A stretch of 64,000 nt of DNA from positions 128,001 through 192,000 of the forward strand of contig CAXXVK010000010.1 of assembly GCA_963676915.2 (NCBI GenBank), read 5' to 3'. A model generated the notes under the pieces. The model saw nothing but the letters and a program-made list of their open reading frames with translations, made no database searches and had not been told where the DNA came from. Position numbers and translations under genes: made by a program. Below are positions 31,415-41,473 of this stretch, piece after piece. Source of the DNA: Myxococcota bacterium. Its GTDB lineage: Bacteria > Myxococcota_A > SURF-8 > G963663525. Numbering within the stretch: position 1 is the first letter of the stretch; each line of letters starts with the position of its first letter.

Positions 31415-32788
31415 ATGAAGACGATTATCGAGCCGTTTCGTATCAAAATGGTGGAGCCGCTGCAATTCACGACGGTGGAGCAACGGCGCAAGACGCTGGC
31501 CGAGGCGCATTACAACGTGTTTCTGGTGCGTGCTCGGGACATTCTGATCGACCTGCTCACCGACTCCGGCACCTCTGCCATGAGCGCTCAGCAGTGGGCG
31601 GCGATGATGATCGGCGACGAGTCTTATGCCGGGTCCGACAGTTTCTATCGGTTCAAAGAAACCGTGGACGATATCTTTGGCTTCAAGCACGTTATTCCGA
31701 CCCACCAGGGACGAGCCGCCGAGCGGATTTTGTTCTCGGTGATGGGCGGCGAAGGGAAAACCATCCCCAACAATACCCACTTCGATACGACCCGCGCCAA
31801 CATCGAGTACTCCGGCTCGGACGCGGTGGATCTCGTCATCGAAGAAGGTCGCCAACCCCAGAGTCGGCACCCCTTCAAGGGCAACATCGACACTGCCAAG
31901 CTGACCGCGTTGATCGAGGAACGCGGGGTCGAGAACATCCCTTGCGGCATGATCACCGTGACCAACAACTCGGGTGGCGGACAACCGGTGAGCATGGCGA
32001 ACATCCGGGAAGTCTCGGAAATTCTTCACAAATACGGTATTCCTTTCATTATCGACGCCTGTCGTTTCGCCGAGAACGCCTATTTCATTAAGTTGCGCGA
32101 AGAAGGCTACACCGATACGCCGGTCAAGAAAATCGTTCAGGAGATGTTCTCGTATGCCGATGGCGTTACGATGTCGGCCAAAAAAGACGCTATCGTCAAC
32201 ATCGGCGGCTTTTTGCTGCTAAACGACGATGCCGTGGCCGAGCAATGCCGCAACCTGCTGATTCTGACCGAAGGATTTCCCACCTACGGCGGACTGGCGG
32301 GCCGCGACCTGGATGCTATGGCCACGGGCTTGAAAGAAGTGCTGGACGAAAACTACCTGCAATATCGCCTCGCCTGTACCGAGTATTTCGGCAAAGCCTT
32401 GCGAAAAATCGGCGTCAAAATCGTCGAGCCGCCGGGAGGCCATGCCATTTACATCGACGCTCGGGATTTCCTGTCGCACCTGCCGCTGGATCAGTTCCCG
32501 GCCTGGGCGCTGGCCAACGAACTGTATATTGCCGGGGGTATCCGGGGGGTGGAAATCGGTTCGGTGATGTTCGGCCGCAAGGACGAACAAGGCAACGAAC
32601 TTCCCGCGCCGATGGACCTCGTACGGCTCTGTCTGCCGCGCCGGGTCTACACCCAAAGTCATGTGGATTACCTCGTCGAGGTGATCGAAGAACTGTATCA
32701 CCACCGGAAAGAGGTCAAGGGCGTGCGGATCGTCAAAGAACCGCCGTTCCTGCGTCACTTCACCTCGTGGTTCGAACCGGTGGATTAA
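31415..32788 (+). CDS. tnaA: Tryptophanase (PLP beta-eliminating lyase)
   Basis: EPFRIK, LLTDSGT, SAKKD PLP lysine and LRHFT favour tryptophanase over tyrosine phenol-lyase (SGKKD/LRFFT). Confidence 0.88.
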   Translation: MKTIIEPFRIKMVEPLQFTTVEQRRKTLAEAHYNVFLVRARDILIDLLTDSGTSAMSAQQWAAMMIGDESYAGSDSFYRFKETVDDIFGFKHVIPTHQGRAAERILFSVMGGEGKTIPNNTHFDTTRANIEYSGSDAVDLVIEEGRQPQSRHPFKGNIDTAKLTALIEERGVENIPCGMITVTNNSGGGQPVSMANIREVSEILHKYGIPFIIDACRFAENAYFIKLREEGYTDTPVKKIVQEMFSYADGVTMSAKKDAIVNIGGFLLLNDDAVAEQCRNLLILTEGFPTYGGLAGRDLDAMATGLKEVLDENYLQYRLACTEYFGKALRKIGVKIVEPPGGHAIYIDARDFLSHLPLDQFPAWALANELYIAGGIRGVEIGSVMFGRKDEQGNELPAPMDLVRLCLPRRVYTQSHVDYLVEVIEELYHHRKEVKGVRIVKEPPFLRHFTSWFEPVD

Positions 32789-32830
32789 CCGAACCGTTCC
32801 CGGCACGACACGCCGGAAACAGGAAAGATC

Positions 32831-33658
32831 ATGGACCTTAAACAAGATTTCTCCAGTTTTTCCGAAGGGTTGTCGATTCCATTGCAGGCGGCGAAAGCCA
32901 TCAAAGGCAACTTGTCGCTGGCGCTGTATTCGTTGTTGCCGCTGCTGGTCAACCTGATCGTCTTCGGCTTTGGGCTGTACGGAATGATCATCTACCGGGT
33001 CGAACTGATCGAGTTGATCTGGGCTTTTCCGGCGGACGGCATCGACTACGCCTGGTTCTGGCAAGGCTTGTGGTATGTACTCGGAGTGGTGATTTTCCTG
33101 TTGATTTTCCTCGTGATTTTCTTCCTCTTCACTCCTCTCGGTTGCCTGATCGCCGCGCCGTTCAACGACGCATTATCCGAATCCACCGAGCGGGTGCTCG
33201 ATCCAACGCGCCCCGAGTTGCCGTTCAGTGTCAAACGGATGCTCGGCGAGTTGGTGATGTCGCTGAAGTCCGAGTTGCAGAAGTTGTTGTTTTGGTTGAT
33301 GATTTTCGTTCCGGCGTTATTGCTCAACCTGCTACCGGGCATCGGATCGGCGCTGTATTTCGCGCTTGTTGGCACGGCGGGCGTGTTTTTAATGGCCTAC
33401 CAGTTTTCAGACTATCCTCTGGCGCGTAAACGCTTGAGTTTCAAGCAGAAACGAGCATTTCTCGATCTCGATTTCCCATTGTCGATGGGTTTTGGGGCGG
33501 GCTGCTCGCTGCTACTGCTGATTCCCTTTCTCAACCTCGCATTGATTCCGGTTTGCGTGGTCGGCGGCACGATGCTGTTCGACCGTCTGCGTACCCGGCA
33601 GGGAGCCGAAGCGCTCCTCGAACGCCAAGCTCCCGAGGTGGTTTCCGAGGAAAACTGA
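32831..33658 (+). CDS. EI24/CysZ-family membrane protein
   Basis: LIAAPFNDALSE, DYPLAR, IPFLNL...VVGGT. Confidence 0.85.
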   Translation: MDLKQDFSSFSEGLSIPLQAAKAIKGNLSLALYSLLPLLVNLIVFGFGLYGMIIYRVELIELIWAFPADGIDYAWFWQGLWYVLGVVIFLLIFLVIFFLFTPLGCLIAAPFNDALSESTERVLDPTRPELPFSVKRMLGELVMSLKSELQKLLFWLMIFVPALLLNLLPGIGSALYFALVGTAGVFLMAYQFSDYPLARKRLSFKQKRAFLDLDFPLSMGFGAGCSLLLLIPFLNLALIPVCVVGGTMLFDRLRTRQGAEALLERQAPEVVSEEN

Positions 33659-33926
33659 GACCACACCGTTTCGCTTCAAACAACGTATTTTCGAGCAAAT
33701 TCACGTCGATTCGGAGGAGATTACGCAAATTCGTCCGGCAGACGCCCGTCTGCGAAAAGCCCGAAAAAGGCCGTTTTTCTGTCATATATCACAGAATCTA
33801 TCAAATATGGCAGCACAATGTGCGGCACAAAGGGCGGGATTCGAGTGGGAAATGACACGATATCTCCTGGTTTGACCCGCACGGAAGCGACGCACAGCGA
33901 GATAGCGCAGGTTTGCGTCAAACGTA

Positions 33927-33943
33927 GCGATTCGGCATAGGGG
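33927..33943. repeat. 17-bp direct repeat, left copy
   Basis: gcgattcggcatagggg, identical to 35957-35973. Confidence 0.8.
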
Positions 33944-33952
33944 GAAGAAGTT

Positions 33953-35647
33953 CTAATGAATTTCGTTATTCTCCTGCTTGTCCAGAATTCCGATCAGATC
34001 TCCTCTTCGAAATGTTGCGGCAAGTTGTTGCAACGAAATGCTCGAATCGCCATATAATTCTTCAAGAGCTTTCTCAATATCCGACAAGGCTGTTTGGAAG
34101 AAACGTTCTTTGTTTTTTTCGAAAATAGTCATCGCATCTTTAAAGGTTTGATGGTTGACTCCCGAAACGTTGAGGTTCATCTCCTTCAGTAGATATTTTC
34201 CCATTTGCATGCTGATGAAGCAAGAAGCATATCGTAAAAACGTAGGGGCATCTTGTGGAGGACGCTTCCTTTTGTTTTCCGAATACCGATGAATTATCGT
34301 GGCAAGAATGGTTTGCGATCCATTCAAGTTTTTCGAAAAAATGATGTCATACAGTTTCCCGAAATGTTCCCTAGAAAAATACTTGGCTTGGTGGGGTCTT
34401 CGTCGCCAAACGGACAAAATGGATTCTGCTGCGACTCCCGAAGTGATTTCCGTCGATCTTAAAGATGAGTCACTTCTTTTTCGTTTGTAAGAATAGCCAA
34501 GTTGCGCAATATCCGTCTCTAGTTGAATCTGTTTTTCATGATTCGATTTCAAATCTCGCAAGTCAACGGGGTTTTGACTGTTTGTCGCGAAAGTGATTTG
34601 ATGAACAAGATTTTCGTCGTTGCTGGGAAGTTGGTAAAGTCGAATCAAGACGTATGCTTCTGATGAGGCTAATAAACTTGGATTTTCAAGAGCTTCGTAA
34701 ATGGTCATGCAGGTTTGACCGCCATTGATGATCTGGAGGTTCTCGACATTCACAATATAATCACCAGATTGCAGAGCATTATAGCTGAATTTATCGCAAG
34801 TAAGAGTTATACCGTTGTTGTAAAAATAGAAGTTCGCTCTATGGGAACTTTTTAACGTCTCGTAAATTTCTTTATTGACTCTGTTGGTTTGAAGACCGAG
34901 ATATCGTCGAATGTTGCGATCCAGAAGACGCTCACCATGGCGTTTCATGAGGGCATGAATTTCTTCAACGGCGATTCGACCGATGAGAACACGGCTGAAG
35001 TTCATATCCTCAACAACGGCTTTTCCGCTTAACTGCAACTTATCATCGACTTTCTTCGTTCCCTGTAATACCTGTACGATGTTGTCATGATTTACATGAC
35101 ACCAGGCAACTTGATCTTTGAAGCCTTCTTCATTGGCACGATCGATCTCATCTTGAGCGGATGAGTTCCATTGCAATCCGTTGTTGCAAGCCAAAACTTT
35201 GATTTGTGGGATGTGTCCATCACTGATAAGGGAACGAGCCTCTTCGACTTTTGTTCTCAGTCGTTCGTTGATGTTTTCTAGGATGGCATTTGGATTGAAA
35301 ATGTATTTAATCGCATTAACAAGCTTGACGATACCGTTTTCGGGAAAATGTGAATCTCCTTTAAGGTTTCGTTTGTATTTACCTTGAAAAAGACTAATGG
35401 TCAGTTCGCCTCTGTATTCATTCGAAATATGGATGGCATCGACACCAAAGTCCTGCCCTCCTTCCACCAGGCAATCGAATGCTTCCACATCATCAAGATC
35501 GAGTGCTGTCTTTACACACAGAAACACAAATGCCAAAGACTTCAGCATGTCATCATTGCGAATGTTCAACTCATTTGCCGCACGTTCCCTGATGGTTTCC
35601 ATTACTTTGGTTATTTGCTGGTCTACTATTGCGGCATTGATATTCAT
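33953..35647 (-). CDS. AIPR (abortive infection phage resistance) family protein
   Basis: D.GVDAI, NIRRYLG, FYFYNNGIT, QIINGGQT, ATNSQN; AT-rich. Confidence 0.9.
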   Translation of the reverse strand: MNINAAIVDQQITKVMETIRERAANELNIRNDDMLKSLAFVFLCVKTALDLDDVEAFDCLVEGGQDFGVDAIHISNEYRGELTISLFQGKYKRNLKGDSHFPENGIVKLVNAIKYIFNPNAILENINERLRTKVEEARSLISDGHIPQIKVLACNNGLQWNSSAQDEIDRANEEGFKDQVAWCHVNHDNIVQVLQGTKKVDDKLQLSGKAVVEDMNFSRVLIGRIAVEEIHALMKRHGERLLDRNIRRYLGLQTNRVNKEIYETLKSSHRANFYFYNNGITLTCDKFSYNALQSGDYIVNVENLQIINGGQTCMTIYEALENPSLLASSEAYVLIRLYQLPSNDENLVHQITFATNSQNPVDLRDLKSNHEKQIQLETDIAQLGYSYKRKRSDSSLRSTEITSGVAAESILSVWRRRPHQAKYFSREHFGKLYDIIFSKNLNGSQTILATIIHRYSENKRKRPPQDAPTFLRYASCFISMQMGKYLLKEMNLNVSGVNHQTFKDAMTIFEKNKERFFQTALSDIEKALEELYGDSSISLQQLAATFRRGDLIGILDKQENNEIH

Positions 35648-35924
35648 TGAACTTTCTCCAAAAATGCACACAAAATCCTATTGTATGCCATTTTGCGTTT
35701 GTTTTCTGAAATCATCATACGGAACTCATTGCATCATTGTTGATGCAAGTTAGATTTCGGAAAAAAGCAAAAATACTCTTTCAGAATTTACCACGCCAAG
35801 CAGTGAATAGGCAAACGTACAGATCAACGAAAAGCAAAGATGGGTGTGAATTAAAATGTGGGGAAATGGAACTTCTCGCACAAAATCCGTTAATTCCGGT
35901 TTTCAACCTGAACCGAAACGTTTG

Positions 35925-35950
35925 GGAGCAGGATACAATCCTGCTCCATC
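35925..35950. repeat. REP-like palindrome
   Basis: ggagcaggatacaatcctgctccatc; near reverse complement of 20649-20674. Confidence 0.7.
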
Positions 35951-35956
35951 AGCTTG

Positions 35957-35973
35957 GCGATTCGGCATAGGGG
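35957..35973. repeat. 17-bp direct repeat, right copy
   Basis: gcgattcggcatagggg. Confidence 0.8.
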
Positions 35974-35993
35974 CCGAAGAAACCCCCCCCCCT

Positions 35994-37031
35994 CTACCGG
36001 GTTTTCGTGACCTTCGACAAAAACTTCGGTTTGTCGGGGTTGATGCCTTTGAGGTCCGCTAGATACATAGCGAAGAACTGGGCCGGGATGATGTAGGGGA
36101 TCGGCGTGGCGATTTCGGCCACGGATCGCGGCATGATGAAATGGGTCGTGGCGTAACGCTTCGTTTCGTTCGTGTTGGAAAACACCACCGTTTCGGATTT
36201 CTTCTCGTGCAGATCCTTCAGAATGTTCAGCATCGGACGTTCCATTTTCCCTCGTGCGACGAACAGGAAGGTGGGGAAGCCGTCGTTGATCATCGCGATG
36301 GGTCCGTGCATGAAATCGGCCATGGAAAACGCCTGCACCGGCAGGTAGCTGGTTTCCATCAGTTTCAGGCTGAATTCCTTGGCGGTGGCGTAATGGTAGC
36401 CACGGCCGATCGTCACGGCGCGGTCCATGTAGCGATAACGGCTGACTTTGGCTTTGACATCCTCTTCGATCTCGATGATCCGGTCCGTGATCTCGGGAAG
36501 TTTCACGATCTGGTCCAGCGCTACCTTGTGCTTGGCCCAACAGGCCACCAACGCCAGAAGGGCGTAGCATTCGGATACGTAGGTTTTGGTCGCGGCGACC
36601 GATTCTTCCCGACCCGCGTGCAGCGGAATGACGAAATCCGCCGTCTGGGCCAGAGGAGAACGCACATGGTTGGTGATGGCCAGCGTCGGCGCACCGCTCG
36701 CCACGGCGTCGGCGGTGTATTCGTTGATGTCGGTGCCTTCGCCCGACTGGCTTACGGCAATCACCAACGTATTGGACAACGAAAGATGGCTTTTGTACAC
36801 GGTCAGAATCGACGGAGCCGCCAGATGCGCCGGAATGTTCAGCAGCGATTCGACGATGTATTTGCCATACAGACAAGCATTGTCCGACGACCCGCGAGCC
36901 ACGAAGGTGACCTGCCGAATATCCTGATCTGCCAGGAATTTCGCATACTTCTCTATCCGAGGAAACTCGGATTCATAGAGTTTGGTCAACACGGTGGGGG
37001 TCTGTCGCAGTTCGCGTCGCATTTTCTTCAT
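35994..37031 (-). CDS. Double-SIS sugar-phosphate isomerase/deaminase (GlmS C-terminal-like)
   Basis: ARGSSDNA, SQSGEG, ESVAATKTY, LKLMET, HGP, NPDKP..LSKVT. Confidence 0.9.
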   Translation of the reverse strand: MKKMRRELRQTPTVLTKLYESEFPRIEKYAKFLADQDIRQVTFVARGSSDNACLYGKYIVESLLNIPAHLAAPSILTVYKSHLSLSNTLVIAVSQSGEGTDINEYTADAVASGAPTLAITNHVRSPLAQTADFVIPLHAGREESVAATKTYVSECYALLALVACWAKHKVALDQIVKLPEITDRIIEIEEDVKAKVSRYRYMDRAVTIGRGYHYATAKEFSLKLMETSYLPVQAFSMADFMHGPIAMINDGFPTFLFVARGKMERPMLNILKDLHEKKSETVVFSNTNETKRYATTHFIMPRSVAEIATPIPYIIPAQFFAMYLADLKGINPDKPKFLSKVTKTR

Positions 37032-37279
37032 GGCTCGTTCCTTTATCGCCAGTTTCGCTGTTTAGGGTTGGCACCCAAGGGATCGGGAATGGGAGACAAA
37101 CGAAAGCCTCCGTTTTCCGACTGCGGCCTTCGATACTCCAAGAATAGCCGATTCGCAAGGGATTTTCCAGCGTTTTGACGGGAAAGCGTACGTTGAAAGC
37201 GACGAACGAACCCCGGATGGTTGCATCCGGAAAAAATCTGTCGATAATGGGGGCGAAACCATCGAAGGGAGAACGTAGC

Positions 37280-38290
37280 ATGGCGGCGAAAATTCTGGTA
37301 AGCGGCGGGGCGGGATACATCGGGTCGATCACGGCGCATTATCTTATGGAAAAAGGTCTGGACGTTCACGTGCTGGACAACCTTTCCAAAGGCTATGCTC
37401 GTTTCGTGTCCGATTTGCCGTTGCATCGCATCGAGTTGGCCGACACCGACGCCGTACGCCGCTTGTTCGTCCAAGAAAATTTCGAGGCCGTGCTGCATTT
37501 CGCGGCCTTTATCGAGGTGGGAGAATCGGTACACGATCCGTTGCGCTACTACCGCAACAATGTCGCCGGAACGCTTTCGCTTTTGGAAGCCATGCAGGCG
37601 GCGGGAACGAAAACGCTGGTGTTTTCTTCGACGGCGGCGGTCTATGGCGAACCGCAGGTCATGCCGATTCCCGAAAGCCATCCCAAGGCTCCGATCAACG
37701 CCTATGGACGATCGAAGCTGACCGTCGAACGAATCCTTGCCGACTGCGCCCGAGCCTGGGGACTGAACTGGGCGGCGCTGCGGTATTTCAATGCTGCCGG
37801 AGCCGATCCGAAAGGGCGAAGCGGAGAATGGCACGACCCCGAAACCCATCTGATTCCGCTGGCTTTGCGAGCCGCCGTGCGTGGACGGTCCAACGCAGCC
37901 GAAAAGGGCTTGACCGTTTTCGGCTCGGATTATCCCACCCCGGACGGCACCTGTCTGCGGGATTACGTGCATGTTTGGGATCTGGCGCAAGCCCATAATT
38001 TGGCGCTGGAATACCTGCTGGATGGCGGTGCGAGTCGGGCTTTCAACCTGGGTTCTCAGGAGGGCTTTTCGGTGCTGGAGGTGATTCAGGCCGCCGAGCG
38101 CGCCACGAAGCTTTCGGTACCGCATCGAATGGGAGAACGTCGCCCCGGAGATCCTGCCCGACTGATCGCATCCAGTGAAGACGCCCGAAGCATTCTGGGG
38201 TGGTTGCCCGAATGCAGCGACCTCGACCGCATTCTTGCCGACGCCTGGAAATGGCATGAAACCAACGGTTTTTGCGGCGGGCGGGAGTAG
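37280..38290 (+). CDS. galE: UDP-glucose 4-epimerase
   Basis: GGAGYIGS, FSSTAAVYG, YGRSK, LRYFNAAG, DGTCLRDYVHV. Confidence 0.95.
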   Translation: MAAKILVSGGAGYIGSITAHYLMEKGLDVHVLDNLSKGYARFVSDLPLHRIELADTDAVRRLFVQENFEAVLHFAAFIEVGESVHDPLRYYRNNVAGTLSLLEAMQAAGTKTLVFSSTAAVYGEPQVMPIPESHPKAPINAYGRSKLTVERILADCARAWGLNWAALRYFNAAGADPKGRSGEWHDPETHLIPLALRAAVRGRSNAAEKGLTVFGSDYPTPDGTCLRDYVHVWDLAQAHNLALEYLLDGGASRAFNLGSQEGFSVLEVIQAAERATKLSVPHRMGERRPGDPARLIASSEDARSILGWLPECSDLDRILADAWKWHETNGFCGGRE

Positions 38291-38307
38291 GATTTTATCG
38301 ATGAGAC

Positions 38308-38601
38308 TCAGGATTTTTTAAACAGTGCATCCAGGGCCGATTTGGCTTTTTCGGTTTCGCTGATACCATCCGCAGCCTCTCCGTCGCCGCCTTCGAAGGA
38401 AAACCAGTCGCAAAAATTGGCGTTTTCCTTGTCGGACACCGGCTCGGACACCGGTTCAGCGCAATCGTTGTGACGTCCGGGAGAATAAAACCGGCACTGA
38501 ACACAGCTATGCAGGTCGGCTCCGCAATGAGGGCATTCGTCCCGACGCATCACCCGTTCTTCGATTTCGATCTCTTTTCCGCATTTTGCACAGCTTGGCA
38601 T
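38308..38601 (-). CDS. Small Cys-rich zinc-ribbon hypothetical protein
   Basis: CAKC, CPHC, CVQC, NFCDWF; GGAG RBS. Confidence 0.75.
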   Translation of the reverse strand: MPSCAKCGKEIEIEERVMRRDECPHCGADLHSCVQCRFYSPGRHNDCAEPVSEPVSDKENANFCDWFSFEGGDGEAADGISETEKAKSALDALFKKS

Positions 38602-38680
38602 GGAGATGTCTCCCTTCGTCAAGAAACGTCCCGGTAGATCCTATTTCGTATTTACCATAGCTTTTTCAAAGACAGAACGA

Positions 38681-38711
38681 AAAAGACCCTCCCGGGAAAA
38701 CGAGGGAGGGT
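38681..38711 (-). terminator. Probable intrinsic terminator
   Basis: accctccc...gggagggt hairpin with an adjacent A tract. Confidence 0.55.
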
Positions 38712-38813
38712 AGAGGGAGAAAGGCGGGAAATTGGGGAGGGAGATGAGGCGGGAGATGCGATGCCCGGTTTTCAGGACAGGTTGCCGGGTTGCACGCCGA
38801 ACCTCGCGGAAGA

Positions 38814-39878
38814 TCAGTTCTCGTTAAGGACTTTCCAGAAGGCGTCGGTCAACAGCAGCATCCGGATTTTTTTCTCGTGGAAACGACCTCGGGCAAAGCG
38901 GGGAGCGGCATCGAATTCTTCGTCTTCCGGCGGCGGAGGATCGTCCAGGGTGTCCGCGCCACCGAAGCCGGCTCCCGGACCCATACCTTGACCCATACCG
39001 CCGCTACCCATTCCCGGACCCATGCCTTGGCCCATACCTTGTCCCATTCCACCGCGTCCCATACCCGGACCCATGCCTCTTCGACCTTTTCCACGGCCCA
39101 TCATGGCTTTTCCTTGTCGGGCACCGAATCCGCCGCCGTTACTCAGACGTTGCACCATGCGATCGGGAAGCTGGGCGGCGAGTTCGTCGCGTCGCTGGAG
39201 GTAATCGGCTTCGGACATGTCACGTACCTGCTCGAGCATGTCGCAGACCCGACCGGCCTGTTGTCCACCCCTGCGACCCCGTTTCTGCATACGCTGCTTG
39301 TGCATGGCCCACACGTCATCGGAAAGAGTGCGAATGCGGTCGAGAATTTCGGCGGCGTTTTGTGGCGGATCATCGGCGAACGGCGAACCCATACCGAGAC
39401 TGCCTTGTGGATTGAAACGTTGCAGGCGATCTTTCTGCTCCGGGGTCAGGATATCGATCATGGCTTTGAGATAGCCTTCCATTTTCGAGCGATAGGGTTC
39501 CAGTTGGTTGCGTTCCTCCATCATCTCTTTCATGGTGGCCGCTTGTTGATCCTGATCGGGCTTTTCGCCTTTTTTCAGGGTTTTATTCAGGGATTTCATA
39601 TGGTTTTTCATTTTATCGCGGTGTTCGGTAAGTCCTTCTTCCAGTTCTTTTTTGAGTTTGCGAAGCTGTTTTTGTTCTTTGATCCACTGCGCTTTCTGGT
39701 CTTTGGTCAATTCCAGGGTCTGCAACAGCAGTCGCGCTCCGACTTCGTGTTTCAACTCCAGAAACTCTTCATCGGCTTTGGCGCTCCAAGGTTGGGCCGA
39801 AGCGGTCGTCGCCATGAAAAAGAGCATCAGGAACGGTATGGCGGCTCCAAGGATTGATTTTCGTGTTGAAATCTGCAT
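38814..39878 (-). CDS. Exported helical Spy/CpxP-like protein with Gly/Met-rich repeats
   Basis: Signal peptide (ASA-Q), LTKDQK and LTPEQK motifs, (GMGx)n tract. Confidence 0.7.
   Translation of the reverse strand: MQISTRKSILGAAIPFLMLFFMATTASAQPWSAKADEEFLELKHEVGARLLLQTLELTKDQKAQWIKEQKQLRKLKKELEEGLTEHRDKMKNHMKSLNKTLKKGEKPDQDQQAATMKEMMEERNQLEPYRSKMEGYLKAMIDILTPEQKDRLQRFNPQGSLGMGSPFADDPPQNAAEILDRIRTLSDDVWAMHKQRMQKRGRRGGQQAGRVCDMLEQVRDMSEADYLQRRDELAAQLPDRMVQRLSNGGGFGARQGKAMMGRGKGRRGMGPGMGRGGMGQGMGQGMGPGMGSGGMGQGMGPGAGFGGADTLDDPPPPEDEEFDAAPRFARGRFHEKKIRMLLLTDAFWKVLNEN
38978..39075 (-). repeat. Degenerate ~12-nt tandem repeat encoding GMG(P/Q/R/S)
   Basis: Repeated cccat(a/g/t)cc units. Confidence 0.7.
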
Positions 39879-40032
39879 AGTGTCACCTCCAGTAGGATGA
39901 TGTTTGTGTTCTTCTCTTTTCACCCAGAGAGACGAACCACCGTCCGGTTTGTTACAACAATCCCGATTTTTTTCGAGTCCTCTTCGTTTTTTTATCGAAG
40001 TGGGTTATTTTTCGAAGCAAGGAGCGGTTTCC

Positions 40033-41376
40033 ATGAAAATTACCGTGATCGGCGGCGGCGGCATCCGCGCCCCTCAACTTGTTCAGGCTTTGTGCGCGAA
40101 CGCCGAAGCCACCGGATTGAACCAACTGGCTCTGTACGACATCGACCGGCGCAAAGCCGCCGTAACCTTCCGGCTTTCGCAATCTGTCGCACAAAAGGAA
40201 AACCCGGCGGTGGCATTGCAACCGACCTTCGATCTGGACGACGCCTTGGACGGTGCGGACGCCATTATCACCACGATTCGTCCCGGCTTTGAAGCGGGAC
40301 GCGCCAAAGACGAGCGTATCGCCCTGAATCGCGGGGTTCTGGGTCAGGAAACCACCGGTCCGGCAGGTTTCGCTTTCGCGTGCCGTTCCGCTCCCGAGGT
40401 CGTGCGATACGCCCAACAAACGCTGGATAAAAACCCGGACGCCTGGATTGTCAACTTCACCAATCCGGCAAGTCTGGTCACCGAAGCCCTGCAACGTTCG
40501 GGCTTCGAGCGTTCGGCGGGTATTTGCGACTCATCGGACTCGGGACTGAAGAAAGTGGCCAATCATGCTGGCGTGAATTGGCGAGAATTGGAAAGCTGGA
40601 CCTTCGGTCTGAATCATCTGTCCTGGGTTGGTCCGGCTCTGCACAACGGGAAAAACATCCTGGAGGACGTGCTGTTCGACAAGGACTATCAGGCAGCGCA
40701 TATTCCGTGGATGCCTCTCGATCTGCTCGAAACCCTGCGCCTGCTGCCCAACGAATACCTGTATTATTTCTACCGTGCGAAGTCTTCTTTGCAAGCCCTG
40801 CTGGATGCCGACGAATGCCGTGGCGAGGAAATTTTGCGCATCAACGGCGCGATTCTCGACACGCTGGAGAAAAACGCGGCGGCGGGAAGTTCCGACGAGG
40901 AACTTCATGCCACGTACAAAAACTATCTCCAACGCCGGGAAGCTACCTACATGATCAGTTCCCGCAAAGGCAAGGAACGCAAAAGCAAAGCCGAGCCGGA
41001 AGGATACGCGGGTGTGGCGCTGGATCTGTTGCAGAACCTGAGAAAAGACGATCCCGTGCGGATGGTGCTCAATGTACCCAACCAGGGAGCTTTGGATTTC
41101 CTGGAACCAAACGATATCGTTGAAATCACCTGCGAAGTCGGTCGTGGAGCCTGGAAGCCCGTTGCACCTCCGCAAGTGCCCGAAAAATGTAAGGAACTTT
41201 CGCTGGCCGTCAAAAAATACGAACGACTGGCCGTGGAAGCCATTCTCGAAAAGCGCGTGGAAGCCGCTGTGGAAGGTCTCCGGCTGCATCCGCTCGTACA
41301 GGACGAAGAATGCGCCTACGGCCTGTTCAAAGATTATCGTGACGCCTGGCCGGAGGTGTTCCAAGGTTGGAAATAG
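40033..41376 (+). CDS. Family 4 glycoside hydrolase (6-phospho-beta-glucosidase-like)
   Basis: KITVIGGGG, GQETTGPAG, NFTNP, GICD, GLNHL. Confidence 0.9.
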   Translation: MKITVIGGGGIRAPQLVQALCANAEATGLNQLALYDIDRRKAAVTFRLSQSVAQKENPAVALQPTFDLDDALDGADAIITTIRPGFEAGRAKDERIALNRGVLGQETTGPAGFAFACRSAPEVVRYAQQTLDKNPDAWIVNFTNPASLVTEALQRSGFERSAGICDSSDSGLKKVANHAGVNWRELESWTFGLNHLSWVGPALHNGKNILEDVLFDKDYQAAHIPWMPLDLLETLRLLPNEYLYYFYRAKSSLQALLDADECRGEEILRINGAILDTLEKNAAAGSSDEELHATYKNYLQRREATYMISSRKGKERKSKAEPEGYAGVALDLLQNLRKDDPVRMVLNVPNQGALDFLEPNDIVEITCEVGRGAWKPVAPPQVPEKCKELSLAVKKYERLAVEAILEKRVEAAVEGLRLHPLVQDEECAYGLFKDYRDAWPEVFQGWK

Positions 41377-41403
41377 CCAACGTTTTGTTTCGAGAAAACA
41401 TGT

Positions 41404-41429
41404 GGACGGGGATGCAATCCCCGTCCATT
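41404..41429. repeat. REP-like palindrome
   Basis: ggacggggatgcaatccccgtccatt. Confidence 0.72.
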
Positions 41430-41473
41430 GATAGGCTATCAATCTTCCGTATTGACGACTACCAAAGGAGCCG

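Noticed and set aside
31143-31418. TnaC-like leader peptide upstream of tnaA
   Set aside because: Trp, Asp and Pro spacing does not match TnaC (W12, D16, P24), and the ORF overlaps the tnaA start
33860-33950. Integron attC site downstream of AIPR
   Set aside because: No RYYYAAC...GTTRRRY pair in the proper arrangement and no integrase
38700-38760. Purine-rich tract as a G-quadruplex
   Set aside because: Partly explained by a terminator stem; G runs are irregular and there is no further support
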